DNA of 64,000 nt from Chrysomallon squamiferum (Eukaryota; Animalia; Mollusca), in the NCBI GenBank assembly GCA_012295275.1, contig CM022672.1, forward strand, positions 34,844,001-34,908,000. The letters run 5' to 3'. Every line of letters starts with the position of its first letter. Position 1 is the stretch's first letter. Shown here in pieces: positions 17,875-47,323 of the stretch. The notes under the pieces were generated by a model that ran no database searches, had not been told where the DNA came from, and was given only the letters and a program-made list of their open reading frames with translations. Made by a program: the position numbers and the translations under genes.

Positions 17875-20800
17875 CACCTGCAATTAATTTTTATTTCCAC
17901 ATTTCTTTTTATAATTGGTTCTGTTCGTCGTATGTTGTTATGCAAGTGATTCTCAGTATTTGTCATGGTATGATTTATGAACCAGTTTTATATTTTAAAA
18001 TAAGTATTAATCGCATATCTTCTTTCACATATCACTGTTTTAAAGAAAGTGTAAACATTTTTCAGTATGTCAGACTGGTGTGTTTGGTTCTAACTGTGAC
18101 AAGTCACTGTTTTAAAGAGAGTGTAAAAATTTTCAGTATGTCAGACTGGTGTGTATGGTTCTAACTGTGACAAGTCATGTAATAAACGACACTGTGCTGT
18201 TTCCTCTCCCTGTGACACACAGTCTGGGTCTTGTACTGGAGGATGTCAAGCTGGTTGGAGTGGAACTGATTGTACTCAAGGTTTGTACAAAATTGTTTTT
18301 CTTGATCAAGCTTTTCTGAATTGTTTACTGATTAGCCCTTTAAAACATTTTGATGCTGCACTCTTGTACTAAAGAATCTACAGATATTTGTTTTCACTAT
18401 GGCTTTTTCTTACTTTTTATTTTTTTTCAGGTTGTATACAAGATAACAGCTATGGACGAAATTGTAATAAACGTTGCAGAGATCGCCATTGTGCTGCAAC
18501 AAATCCGTCCTGTGATGTAAAAACTGGAGACTGTGGTACCAGCAGATGTGAGGCAGGATGGACAGGAACAGACTGTATTCAAGGTTATATCATAATTAAT
18601 TTTCTATCTACTTATTTAGAAACAAAAATTGGACTGATGTAACTAATAAGAGGGAATGTAGCTGCACTTAAATAAAAAGAAATGTATGAGATCTGGTGTG
18701 ATGAATATATTCTAGTTTAATAATGACCTTTATATGCAGATTAATTTGTTTAATTTAACACTTCAGTCAACAAATTTTGAATCTGCTCCGTTTTAGTATT
18801 TTTGACAGAAACTGGGATAACTCATTATAGTTTTAGCAGAGTATAGCCGGGTGCGATTCTTTAATTTACTTATATAGAAAATATATATCTTAGTAAAATT
18901 GATATTTCTGAAAAATACTACTTTTATTATTGTTATCATATCTATGATATGATGTAAGTATGAAAAATTAACATCAGTTTGTAAATATCTCTAACAAAAA
19001 GCTATCATTTATTTTAATACTGACTTTATGTTAGTATTATTTCTGTTTCAGCATTACACAATCTGTAACTATAATTTTACTATAATTACTGATACTCTCT
19101 TTTTTCTTCTCTGAAAACGTTTATCAGATATAATATTCCATTTGTTACTGTAGAACTTGAAACGAAAACATTATTATTGATAAAAAAGTTGAATTATTTT
19201 TAATCTAACACATTAGTCAATAATTCTTTAATTCGACACCAGTTTGTTAATGTAATTATGGATTTTCAGTACGAAACATTTCTTCTGAATTTAATGAAAA
19301 AATGACAGTTAATAACTTTTGTATATTTCAGAATGTGTTAAAGATGTGGCCTATGGATCTGGTTGTAAGAAGCAGTGTTCTGAACGTCATTGTCTGAACA
19401 CATCAACGTGTGACACAAAGACTGGTCAGTGTATCGGAGGTTGTCAACCAGGATGGTTAGAACCTGACTGTTCTCAAGGTGAAAGCTAAAAGCTCAAAAT
19501 TATTATTTGTTTGTTTGCTCATTCTGGATATATGTAGTATTTATTCTTAACTAATCATTTCTAAATGTTAACTTATTATTTTTGATAATGGGGGTTCTAT
19601 GGTCCGAAGTGTTCACTGAAGTGTTCAGATCGACACTGTCCAGGAAATAAAAGCTGTAATCACACAAGTGGAAAATGTAATGATGGTTGTCTGTCTGGTT
19701 GGGCAGGAAGTGATTGTAGAGGTAAATATAAAAGAATCATTTAAAGCTGACATGACTGAAGTATAGGACGTGTCAGTACTACAGTATGATTTAATGGCTA
19801 AACATATTTAATGTAACACATCGTTTCGAGATAATAAAGTAATTGATCAGGCTAAATAACAGAAAACATAACATGCAAAACAAAAAATAAAAAAATAACA
19901 GAAGACATTTGTGCACGGGGCTATTACGGATTCAACTGTTCAAAGTCTTGTACAGACAGACGCTGTGACGGACAGTCAGATTGTAAACACACTGATGGTA
20001 AATGTAAAACAGGATGTAAAACTGGATGGAAAGGTTTTGATTGTACAGGTAAATGTTTACACCAAAAATGTTTGATTTCTCCTGATTTAAGTATTTATTT
20101 TTTCCCATTTTATTTATTTATTTATTTAGTTTGTTAGTTACTTAGTTATTGTTTTAGTTATTTTATATTTTTTTGCGATGAATAGTCTGATCTGTTTTAC
20201 GAAATCGCCACGAAATGGTTAAGTAATTCTTGAACCAAGTCAAACAAAAAAGTAGAGGAGACAAGATCCAAATTAAAACTAAAAACTATAAAAACTGATT
20301 TCATATTAGTCGGAAGTCAAAGGCATGTCATCTCTAATGTGTTTACATTGTGTTTACTCTATATATAAAATAGGAATTATAAGCATAATGAGAGAAAAAA
20401 GTACTTTTCTACTGTTTTCATGCTATATATATCCTTAAAACTTTAAGATTATGAACAGAAATGAGATAACGTTATTTATTTTATGACAGTTTTAAGTTAT
20501 TGAAATACACTGTTGGCAAAAGAAATATATTATTAAATTAAGAAGAATATAACATTATCTGTTTACAAACCCATTTCAATATGCAGACTGACTGATATAT
20601 TTAATCACAGATAATAAAATATTAATTTTATTTGGTCTTCTTCTTGTTTTATAATCTTTCAGAATGTGATAAAACATATGGGAGAAACTGTAACTATAAC
20701 TGCAATGACAGACACTGCAAAGACGATGACTCATCTTGTGATTCTAAAACTGGGAAATGTGTTGGAGGATGTAAACCTGGATGGTTGAATGCTTCGTGTA

Positions 20801-21481
20801 CTCAGAGTAAGTCAGATTATAAAGTTATAATTAACATCATTTTGCGTACAACACAAGAAAAATGAATCATAATTATTAACAAAGACATTGTTCTGCAGGT
20901 GAGTAGCTGAAATGCAAGACTTCCATATGATGTGTATAGGGGTCTATGGTATCTGGTGCAAACAATGGGCTAAAGTTACTCTAAGCCAAAGATTTGTTTA
21001 CTGAAGATCATAATCTTTCCTGAATTTGCAAAGGTTGCAATATAATGATAAGAACAGCAAAAGACAAACAACAAAAAATTAATAACAATAAATTGAAATG
21101 TTCATATGGTGGCACCTTGTTTTCTCTTTCAGTACGTGTATATTCTTAACCCTACAAATGATGCCACATATATTACAGTATGTTGAAAAATAATTTCTTC
21201 CTTTGCTTTTCTTTGCCTTCTTTTTATTTCTGCCAGTATAGTTATATTTAAAGCTAAGCGACAATGGCAAACAGAGTTATAAATATTCATTACTATAATT
21301 TAGTTTTTTATACTTAAGAATGTGAGGAAAATTTGTATGGAGACGGGTGCAGTTTCTCATGTTCAGAAAGAAAATGTTTTGAAAATCACAACTGTTCTCA
21401 CGAGACTGGAGAATGTGTTGATGGATGTTTGGCTGGTTGGGAAGGAATTTCTTGTACCAGTCGTGAGTTTATTCATATTTT

Positions 21482-21520
<39 letters not shown>

Positions 21521-22101
21521 TCTTATTATTTCTTATTTTTATTTTTTATTATTTTTGATAATATTATTATTATTATTATTTTTATTATTATTATTAAAAA
21601 AAAATCATTTTAATTGTTCCTATTTTCAAAAGAAAATTTCCTTTTTTTTTTCGATAATAAAAAATTGTTCTTATTTCAAAAAAAAAAAAAAAAAAAAATA
21701 TAATAATATATAAAAATATGTAAATCATTATTATTTTTCAAAAACAAGAAGATCATACAAAAGCAATGTTTCCTTATCCCATTCTGTAAATGGGTGTGAT
21801 AGAAACAGATTTGTCAACCAGCGATCTAAACATTTTAAATTCAGCTTGCAGTCTTGGACGCTATGGTAGGAACTGTAACTCTACGTGTGGAAAGTGTAAA
21901 TCAGGAGAATGTGACAGGGTTTCTGGAAACTGCACACAAGGTTGTTCTGATGGTTATGAAGGAGTTCTGTGTCAGCAGCGTTAGTAATTTAAAATATTCG
22001 TATCAGACTTGAATTCACTGCAAATTTATTTATTATCGTATATTGTGGTCTGTAATAAGTTTTAATCTACGCTATTTTTTTCTTAATTTTTTTTATTATT
22101 A

Positions 22102-22142
<41 letters not shown>

Positions 22143-22570
22143 GATTATTATTATTATTAGTCTTTAGTTTGGAGTTCTTGCAGTCTTTAGTTTGAAATAC
22201 TAATGTCAAATATTTTAGTAAATTATACTAATGCAATCAGTGAATGGATATCAGGCAGCACTTCAATTAAAATAATAATAATAATAATAAAATAATAATA
22301 ATAATAATAATAATAATATAATAATAATAATAATAAATGAATAAATAAAGGATAAAACGTTTTAAAAATATTTCTGAAGAATAATAAATTGAAATGTAGT
22401 TGTGACCTTCATATCCAGATGAGTAATTGAACTTATTCCGTTTTATTATTTTTAAGAGAAACTGGGTATATTTGTTCCTGAGTTGTAGTATTTTTAGAGG
22501 GATACCCTCTTGAACTGCCAGTCATATATCCAATATAATTTAATCTCATTTTGTATTTTTTTTTATTTAC

Positions 22571-22601
<31 letters not shown>

Positions 22602-24209
22602 TAATTTTATTTTATTTTAAATTATTTTTTTTTTTTTTCTTTTGTACATCAGTTCAATCTATGATAAGTCAGAAACATCTTCTTTTATTATTTTATTACA
22701 AATCAATTTCAAAATATGAAAGTATGAATTATTATTTCCAGACTAAACATTTTTAATAAAAATGTATTGTTTATTTCAATAGTTTACTTTATGTAATATT
22801 CAACCTATTCCAGCATGTTCACAATCAGTAACTTATGTTTATAGTGCTTCTCAGTATACATCATGTGAAAGTATGGAGTCTGTACTCATAATGGATGCCG
22901 ACAGTGGCCTGTTATTTCTATTAACTGAATTTCATCCAAGATTATCAAATATAACAATGACACAAGATAAATCACCGTAGACTTTGCAAATAATTAGTAT
23001 GAACACCTTTTTGACATTTTTGTAGTTTATGAATTTCAATGTGTTGTATAAAAGTTTCTTTAATGTATTACTTTTCAAATCAACATATAAGGCAAATAAT
23101 GATATAGTTACCAGTACAATACTTGTAAAGAAAAATGTATGTGCAAAAACATTTTACCGAGATGTATGTAATGATTTTACAAATACTTTTAAATTAAAAT
23201 ATATACTGCCAATTTTTTACGTACTATAAAATATTCTTCTTTAATATCCTTTTTTTTAAATTTCCATACAGTTTTTTTTTTCCTTTCCTTCACGGTTATT
23301 AGTTTTAAGAATAATTTCTTTCCAGGTTCAACCAAAGAAACAAAAAGAACAGGAACATCAACTATAACGGCTTTGTCAGTCGTCACAGCTGTACTGACTT
23401 TGCTTCTCGTAGTAGCCGTTGTTTTTAATATCAGGTAAAAATGCTGATAGATTCTTCAACAAAATTAATTCTGATATAACATAACTAATTATAATATACC
23501 AAAATATCTTATTGTAGTTTGAACTGAAGGAATAACTTTACAGTATTTTCTTCTGTTTGATAATAGATATAATTCGTATAATGAAATATGTGCATGCACA
23601 TCTTTCTAGCTGGTAAAAAAATATCTTTATCGAAGAAGGTATTTTCAGAATACTAAGCTGAAGTATTTTGTATTTGATAATATATAAAATTGTTATTATA
23701 GATTCAGAAGATAAACGGGTGTCAGAAATGCACTTAAAATCTATACTTTTATCTTTTTTCTTTTAAATACCACAGTAACCGCTAAGTTTAGTCTGAATTG
23801 CGGGAACTGAGAAGCTATTAATTATCTGTGTAACAGTATCTCTCAACGTGTATTATATTTTAATTACATAAAATTTGCATTCACTAACTGATAACGTAAA
23901 AATGAATACATTTTCAGAACGGCTCTGATTAGACGAAAACGACCATCCTCTACTGAACATTCAGTATCATTTGCCAAAAACAGCAACAGCCATCCCAGGA
24001 CAGCAGCTACTCCGTCATCAGTGTATGAAGTATTTGATGAAGACGTCAATATCATCACACCACCAAATCACAGTGACACTCAAACAGTTTCATCAGGTGA
24101 TGCGGAGACAAGTTATGTCAACACTTCACATCAAGAAGATCTCAATACTCAAGAAATACACGATTATGATAAACTAGATATTGATGTTGTTGGACAGGGA
24201 TCTCCATAA
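9361..24209 (+). CDS. Copy A: F-type lectin + multi-EGF single-pass receptor (MEGF10/Draper/SCARF-like repeats), tail truncated within the ITAM
   Basis: Signal exon 9361-9439 (MAGCWISLQFLVCCLILQSGQIAAGY). Lectin exons 12645-12851 and 14043-14264 (NVARNKNAYQ..GVDG..IHT..WWEVDL..VKIYFRYD..LCG..ARYVTV..LDFVEVEVY). EGF exons 15278-15415, 16434-~16583 (donor lost), 17529-17675, 18137-18280, 18431-18583, 19332-19478, ~19589-19721 (acceptor lost), ~19902-20048 (weak acceptor), 20663-20806, 21319-21462, 21845-21979. TM exon 23326-23434. Tail exon 23918-24209. Confidence 0.88.
18033..18177 (+). repeat. ~72-bp tandem repeat spanning an EGF-exon splice acceptor, 2 units (copy A)
   Basis: CACTGTTTTAAAGA..TTTCAG|TATGTCAGACTGGTGTGTWTGGTTCTAACTGTGACAAGT; AG ends at 18065 and 18136. 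Confidence 0.9.
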
Positions 24210-24219
24210 AAAAAAAAAA

Positions 24220-24250
<31 letters not shown>

Positions 24251-24540
24251 AATATATATATAAACAGTTCAAATTATTTAGTAATGGTTAAACAGTAAAA
24301 TATTTACACTTAATTATCTTAAATACAATGTTATGATAAACTAGATATTTTATGTTGTTTTATAATAATGTACACTATAATTTTAAAAATAAAAACATTT
24401 GTTCAAATATATTTATATATTTATAATATTTAGTAAATATTTTAGTATATATTTTAATGTATATATAATTTTAATTTATATATTTGTAATATTTATTTAT
24501 ATATCGTTAAATAGTACTCGTTATTTATTCATTTTTGTGT

Positions 24541-24900
24541 ATATTTAGTAACACAGAAACAGTAAATTATTTATGTATTCATTGTGAATATTTAGTAACA
24601 GTCTCGTTAGAACAGTAAATTATTTATGTATTCATTGTGAATATTTAGTAACACAGTCTCGTTAGAACAGTAAATTATTTATGTATTCATTGTGAATATT
24701 TAGTAACACAGTCTCGTTAGAACAGTAAATTATTTATGTATTCATTGTGAATATTTAGTAACACAGTCTCGTTAGAACAGTAAATTATTTATGTATTCAT
24801 TGTGAATATTTAGTAACACAGTCTCGTTAGAACAGTAAATTATTTATGTATTCATTGTGAATATTTAGTAACACAGTCTCGTTAGAACAGTAAGTTATTT
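24541..24900 (+). repeat. 55-bp minisatellite downstream of copy A stop (about 6-7 units)
   Basis: Unit TTTAGTAACACAGTCTCGTTAGAACAGTAAATTATTTATGTATTCATTGTGAATA. Confidence 0.95.
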
Positions 24901-25926
24901 ATATATTAATATCATTATGACAATTCTTTAATACTCAGATATTGTTCATTATCTTTGTTATAAACAACTGAAGCTGAGCTGAGAACAAAAAGTATTGTAA
25001 TATTTTAAGTTGCAAATAAACGTATCCAAATATTTGTATAGGATATTTTGTGGACTTGTGAACAAGTTTCACTGAGTAGTTTGCGCTGCATGCAACAGTT
25101 TAAAAGTTACATTCATACAATTTTATTTATATGTGACACAAAATGATATTTCAAATACAATAATGAAACGCTGTATACAATAGTATAAACTTTTCAATCG
25201 CACAAGAATAAAGATTAATCTAATTGATATGAGACACAGAATGATGATTCAAGTAGTCTGATCAAGAGTACATTGTACAGATTGACACTAACCAGTTAGT
25301 AAAGATTTAATCAAACGAAACACAGTAAACTAAAACTATTACTTTGTTTATGTTCATCGCGGCCGCATAGCTGACACAGACCAGTTAGAAGAACTCATGA
25401 ATTTATGTCAAAGATTAATAAACCAACAAGATGTAAATTATTATGATAAACATGAGTTTGTAAATGGTATGTTATTATGAACTAAGTAAAAGCAATTCAG
25501 AGTGATTTGTTATAGCTGTATTGCTTTGCAAATAATAATTAGTGATGTCATAGTCTTAACAAATCCAATTTCAGAATTATTTCCCATAAAATCATTGATT
25601 AGCTCAAACAGTAATCAGACATCAAGTATACATTACATACATTTAGTGACAGACGATTCGAAGTAAAGTAATATTTCTATTACAGATAAGATCAGTATGT
25701 GTGTTTATTTCTCTTGTTTTAGATTTAATTAATCAATCTTCATATTAATTATTTATCAGAACCATTGTTTCATTAAATATATTTTCTAACAAGTTAAATT
25801 TGTTTATTTGTGCTTAAAGGTGTGATGTGGACGAGTATGTATGAGTGTGCGTTGTGTATGTCTATATCTATATAAACAGATAACACACACACATATATAT
25901 ACATATACATATATATACATACACAC

Positions 25927-25961
<35 letters not shown>

Positions 25962-25967
25962 TCACAC

Positions 25968-25998
<31 letters not shown>

Positions 25999-26089
25999 TT
26001 TTATGCATATTCCATATTTATGTCCGATATCCGCATAATCCGAGATGCTAATTCGTAGAAATTTATTCAAATTTTAAAAATTAATTTTG

Positions 26090-26124
<35 letters not shown>

Positions 26125-26296
26125 ATTCATCATATTACAGTAGTATATTACGATTCTTTATAAACTTCAGCTGATCATAAAACATATTTGATTTGATTAA
26201 ATCTTAAGGCTAAAGACTTTAGTAATTAATATGTCAAGTAGTTTAATTTGTCATTTGCATATTCTGATTATTTATATATTAAAACGAATACTCATT

Positions 26297-26475
26297 TTAC
26301 ACACACACACACACATACCCACACACATACACACACAACACACACACACACACAAAACAACACACACACACATACATGCACATAACGGCTTGTCCGTTTT
26401 ATAGATTTTCAAATGGCAACCCTAACGTTGATATATGCATACATACATACACGTATATGCACATACATACACACA

Positions 26476-26540
<65 letters not shown>

Positions 26541-26832
26541 ACACATACACATTGCACATACATACATAAGATTTGGAAATACAACATACATATACATACA
26601 TACATACATACATACATAAATACATACATACATACATACACACATACATACACACACACATACATACACACATACACACATACATACATACATACATACA
26701 CACACATACACATACATACATACACACATACACATACACATACATACATACATACACATACATACATACATACATACATACACATACATACATACATACA
26801 TATATACATACATACATACATACATACATACA

Positions 26833-26864
<32 letters not shown>

Positions 26865-26927
26865 CATACATACATACATACATACATACATACATACATA
26901 CATACATACATACATACATACATACAT
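26297..26927. repeat. Compound (CA)n/(CATA)n microsatellite of the intergenic spacer; paralogues at ~45553-46057 and ~54834-55207
   Basis: Direct inspection; source of the HT/YIHT/MYVC ORFs. Confidence 0.97.
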
Positions 26928-26931
26928 CCAG

Positions 26932-27016
26932 GTTGTCTTGATGGCCGAGCGGTAACGTTGTCCGCCTTCGGAGTGTGGGCGGATGGGTGTCATACGTTCG
27001 AGTCTCGTCAGCGACA
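26932..27016 (+). mobile_element. tRNA-derived element (SINE head or tRNA pseudogene) upstream of copy B
   Basis: A box TGGCCGAGCGG (26942), B box GTTCGAGTC (26996), TCCGCC/GGCGGA stem, 3' CAGCGACA; imperfect cloverleaf. Confidence 0.65.
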
Positions 27017-27855
27017 TCTGACGTGTTTTGTGAGGTTTTCCTGCGCCAGTGCGTTCCCGAATATTATCTGTGTGCAGAGTCTTTTCAGACGTACATAAGA
27101 CTGAATATTCAATCCTAAAATATCTACATATGCAGTGATTATGCTGATAAAAAGAAATACGTATGAATAGTGACATTGTAATAGAAAGAGATTACTCGTC
27201 AATGCATAAACTCCACCAGCTCGTTTCAAATATTATCCATGCATGCCTGTCCTAGATTCGTGTTGTGAATCACATTAAGTGCTGAACTCTTAGCTTGAAA
27301 CTTTTGTCTCGTTATAGAAGAGTCAACTGATCTGTTTTCACTACACTCGACCTAGTCCTCTGTTATGTCTGAAAGAAAACTTACGGCGAAGTAAAAGATT
27401 ATTTATCATTGTGCTGTTTGTTTTCTATACCTTGGTGTATTAATAATACGTTTATATTACATTAAATTGTATTATTATTATTTATTTTATTGCATGAACA
27501 GTGACGGCATAGCAATAGTTTGCGTCAATCGCTCTAGGTTAAACAATCCTCATAAATTAAACGATTTCGCATTATGTATCTGTGTAAATACTAGACAGAA
27601 TGCATATGAAAAGTATTCTGTGTATTGTGACCTAACTTTTGTACGAGTAAAACCTGTTTTCCTAGATCCAGATTTAATCTCAGTGTGTTTAATTTAACAG
27701 AATTACATTACTCTGTTCAAATCATGTTTGTATGAACTTTGTAACAGAATATATTAGATGGTGTTTGCCTTTTCTCACTGGTGAGTCATGAAAACGAGTC
27801 TTGTGTCAGCTCGCAGTTTTACTTCAGGTTTTTTTGTCTACGAAACATTTTCACT

Positions 27856-44105
<16,250 letters not shown>

Positions 44106-44370
44106 TAAATATATATATATACGTTCAAACACATGGTTATTTTTCTTAGTAAAGTTTTTTTATTAATTAGCTTAGTATATTTTTAAAGCAGATGCACTAT
44201 AATAATTTAGGTTTTAATTATGTAACCGAAAGATTTCTGTTAATAACATGAACAGTATAAACCATTTTAGTCATTTTATTATATACATGTAAATATATTT
44301 CTAGATGCTTTTTATCAAAAAGAGGCTCTGAAAACAAATACTTTATTAAACGTTTGATATAGCTCATTAA

Positions 44371-44511
44371 GAATATTTACTAACACAGTCTCGTTAGAAC
44401 AGTAAGCTATTTATGTATTCATAGTGAATATTTAGTAACAAAGTCTCGTTAGAGCAGACATTATTGATGTATACACTGTGAATATTTAGTAACACAGTCT
44501 CGTTAGAACAG
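44371..44511 (+). repeat. 55-bp minisatellite downstream of copy B stop (about 2.5 diverged units)
   Basis: Same unit as 24541-24900. Confidence 0.9.
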
Positions 44512-45252
44512 AATACTCAGATATTGTTCTTTATCTTTGTTATAAACAACTGTAGATGAGCTGAGAACAAAAAGTATTGTAAGATTTTAAGTTGCAACTA
44601 AACGTATCCAAATATTTGTATAGCATATTTTGTGGACTTGTTAACAAGTTTCACCGAGTAGTTTGCGCTGCATGCAACAGTTTAAACGTTACATTCATTC
44701 AATTTTATTTATATGAGACACAAGATGATATTTCACATACAATAATGAAACGCTGTATACAATAGTATAAACTTTACAATCGTACAATAATAAAGCTTAA
44801 TCTAATTGATATGAGACACAGAATGATGATTCAAGTAGCCTGATCAAGAGTACATTGTACAGATTGACACAAACCAGTTAGTAAAGATTTAATCAAACGA
44901 AACACAGTAAATTAAAACTATTACTTTGTTTATGTTCATCGCGGCCGCATAGCTGACACAGACCAGTTAGAAGAACTCATGAATTTATGTCAAAGATTAA
45001 CAAACCAACAAGATGTATATTATTATGAACTAAGTAAAAGCAGTTCAGAGTGATTTGATATAGCTGTATTGCATTGCAAATAATAATTAGTGATATCATA
45101 GTCTTAACAAATCAAAGTTCAGAATTATTTCCCGTAAAATCATTGATTAGCTCAAACAGTAATCAGACATCAAGTATACGACATTACAGACATTTAGTGA
45201 TAGACGATTATGTCTATACCTATATAAACAGATAACATAGAAACAGTCGCGC

Positions 45253-45297
<45 letters not shown>

Positions 45298-46062
45298 CAT
45301 ATTCGCATATCCGCATAATCCGAGATGCTGAAAATTCGTACAAATGTATACAGCGTATCTTAAAAATTAATTTAAAAAAAAAAAAAAAAAAACAGCATTC
45401 ATCATATTACAGCAGTATATTACGATTCTTTATAAACTTATTTTGTTTTGATTAAATCTTAAGGCTAAAGACTTTAGTCATTAATATGTGAAGTAGTTTA
45501 GTTTGTCATTTGCATATTCTGATTATTAGTATATAAAACTGAAATCTCATTTTACACAGAAAAGCACATACTCACACAGACACACACAAACACGCATACA
45601 CAAACACACTCACATACACTCATACACACACATACACACACACATACACACACACTAACACACATACACACACACTCACACATACACATACACATACATA
45701 TACACACATACACACACAGACACACACACTCACACACACACACACACTCACACACACAGACACACAGCCACATACATGCACATAACGGCTCCGTCAGTTT
45801 TGTAGATTTTGAAATGACAACCCTAACATTGATACATGCAAACATATATACATGTATATGCACACAGACATACGTACATGTACTCACACACACAGAGACA
45901 CACGCACACATATATACATACATACATACATACATACATACATACCGACAAGCATACATAGATACACAAATACATACATACATACACACACATACATACA
46001 TATATATACATACGTACACACACACATACATACATACATACATACATGCATACATACGTCAA

Positions 46063-46147
46063 GGTTGTCTTGATGACTGAGAGGTAATGTCGTCCGCCTT
46101 CGGAGTGTGGGCGGATGGGTGTCATACGTTCGAGTCTCGTCAGCGAC
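46063..46147 (+). mobile_element. tRNA-derived element upstream of copy C (A box degenerate)
   Basis: Paralogue of 26932-27016; A box reads TGACTGAGAGG, B box intact. Confidence 0.6.
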
Positions 46148-46796
46148 ATCTGACGTGTTTTGTGAGGTTTTCCTGCGCCAGTACGTTCCCGAATATTATC
46201 TGTGTGCAGAGTCTGTTCAGACGTACATATCACTGGATATTCAAGCCTAAAATATCTACATATGCAGTGCTTATGCTGATGAAAAGAAATACGTATGAAT
46301 AGTGACACTGTAATAGAAGAGATTACTCTTCAATGGGGACACTCCGCCAGCTCGTTTCATACATGTACCCAGTCATGCGTGTGCTAGATTCATGTTGTGA
46401 ATGACATTAAGTGCTGAACTCTTATCTTGAAACTTTTGTCTCGTTATAGAAGAGTCAACTGATCTGTATTCAATTAGGTCTGAAAGACAACTTACGACGA
46501 ATTACAAGTATCATTGTGCTGTTTGTTACATATACCTTAGTTCATTAATAATACGTTTATATGACATTAAATACTACAGTTTTCATTATTATTTTCTGTT
46601 TTATAGCATGGACAGTGACGGCATAGGAATAGTTTCACGATTTCACATTATATATCTCTGTAAATAATATATTAAGTGAAATAAGAAAACACACATACAC
46701 ACACACTCAACCACATATATTGGATGTGTGTGTGTATATGTGTGTGTGTGTATAAGTCAATTAATAGTGCTGATCTTTTTATGTGTGTGTTTATTA

Positions 46797-46842
<46 letters not shown>

Positions 46843-47198
46843 GATGTGTGATTGAATGGGTGTACGGGGGGGTGAGTGGGTCTGTGTATAAGTCAGTTAA
46901 TAGTGCTGACCTTTTTAAAAGTATTATGACACCTGTCTGACAGGATAATGTATATGAAAAGTTTTCTGTGTTTGTGACCTAATTTCAGTTCGAGTAAAAC
47001 GTAGTTTCGTATATCCAAATTTAATCTCAGTGTGTTTAATTTATCATATTTACATTCCTCTGTATACATTCCTCTGTCTATATGAACTTTATACAACGAT
47101 ATATTAGATGGTGTTTTTATCTTTTCTCATTGAAAACAAGTCTTGTGTCAGCTCTCAGTTTTACTTCCTTGTTGGTTTAACTACGAGACATTTTCGCT

Positions 47199-47290
47199 AT
47201 GGCTGAGTGCTGGATAAGTCTTCAGTTTCTAGTTTGTTGTTTGATTTTGCAGTCAGCACAAACGATAGATGGATATGGTAAGTTATAAAA

Positions 47291-47323
<33 letters not shown>

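Noticed and set aside
9361-24209. Assigning the symbol MEGF10, drpr/ced-1 or SCARF1
   Set aside because: Only the EGF repeat type is shared; no EMI domain or NPxY seen and the N-terminus is an F-type lectin, so orthology is unsupported.
24541-24900. Regular repeats resembling a CRISPR array (also 36396-36760 and 58729-59034)
   Set aside because: Head-to-tail units with no unique spacers, no cas genes, eukaryotic context.
26932-27016. Functional tRNA gene (CTTCGGA loop suggests Arg-TCG)
   Set aside because: Acceptor and T stems pair poorly and the anticodon arm has an insertion; better treated as tRNA-derived.
26376-27176. 240-255 aa His/Thr- or Met/Tyr/Val/Cys-rich ORFs, also at 45552-46308 and 54537-55209
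   Set aside because: (CA)n/(CATA)n microsatellites; the shared non-repetitive peptide is the tRNA-derived element read by chance.
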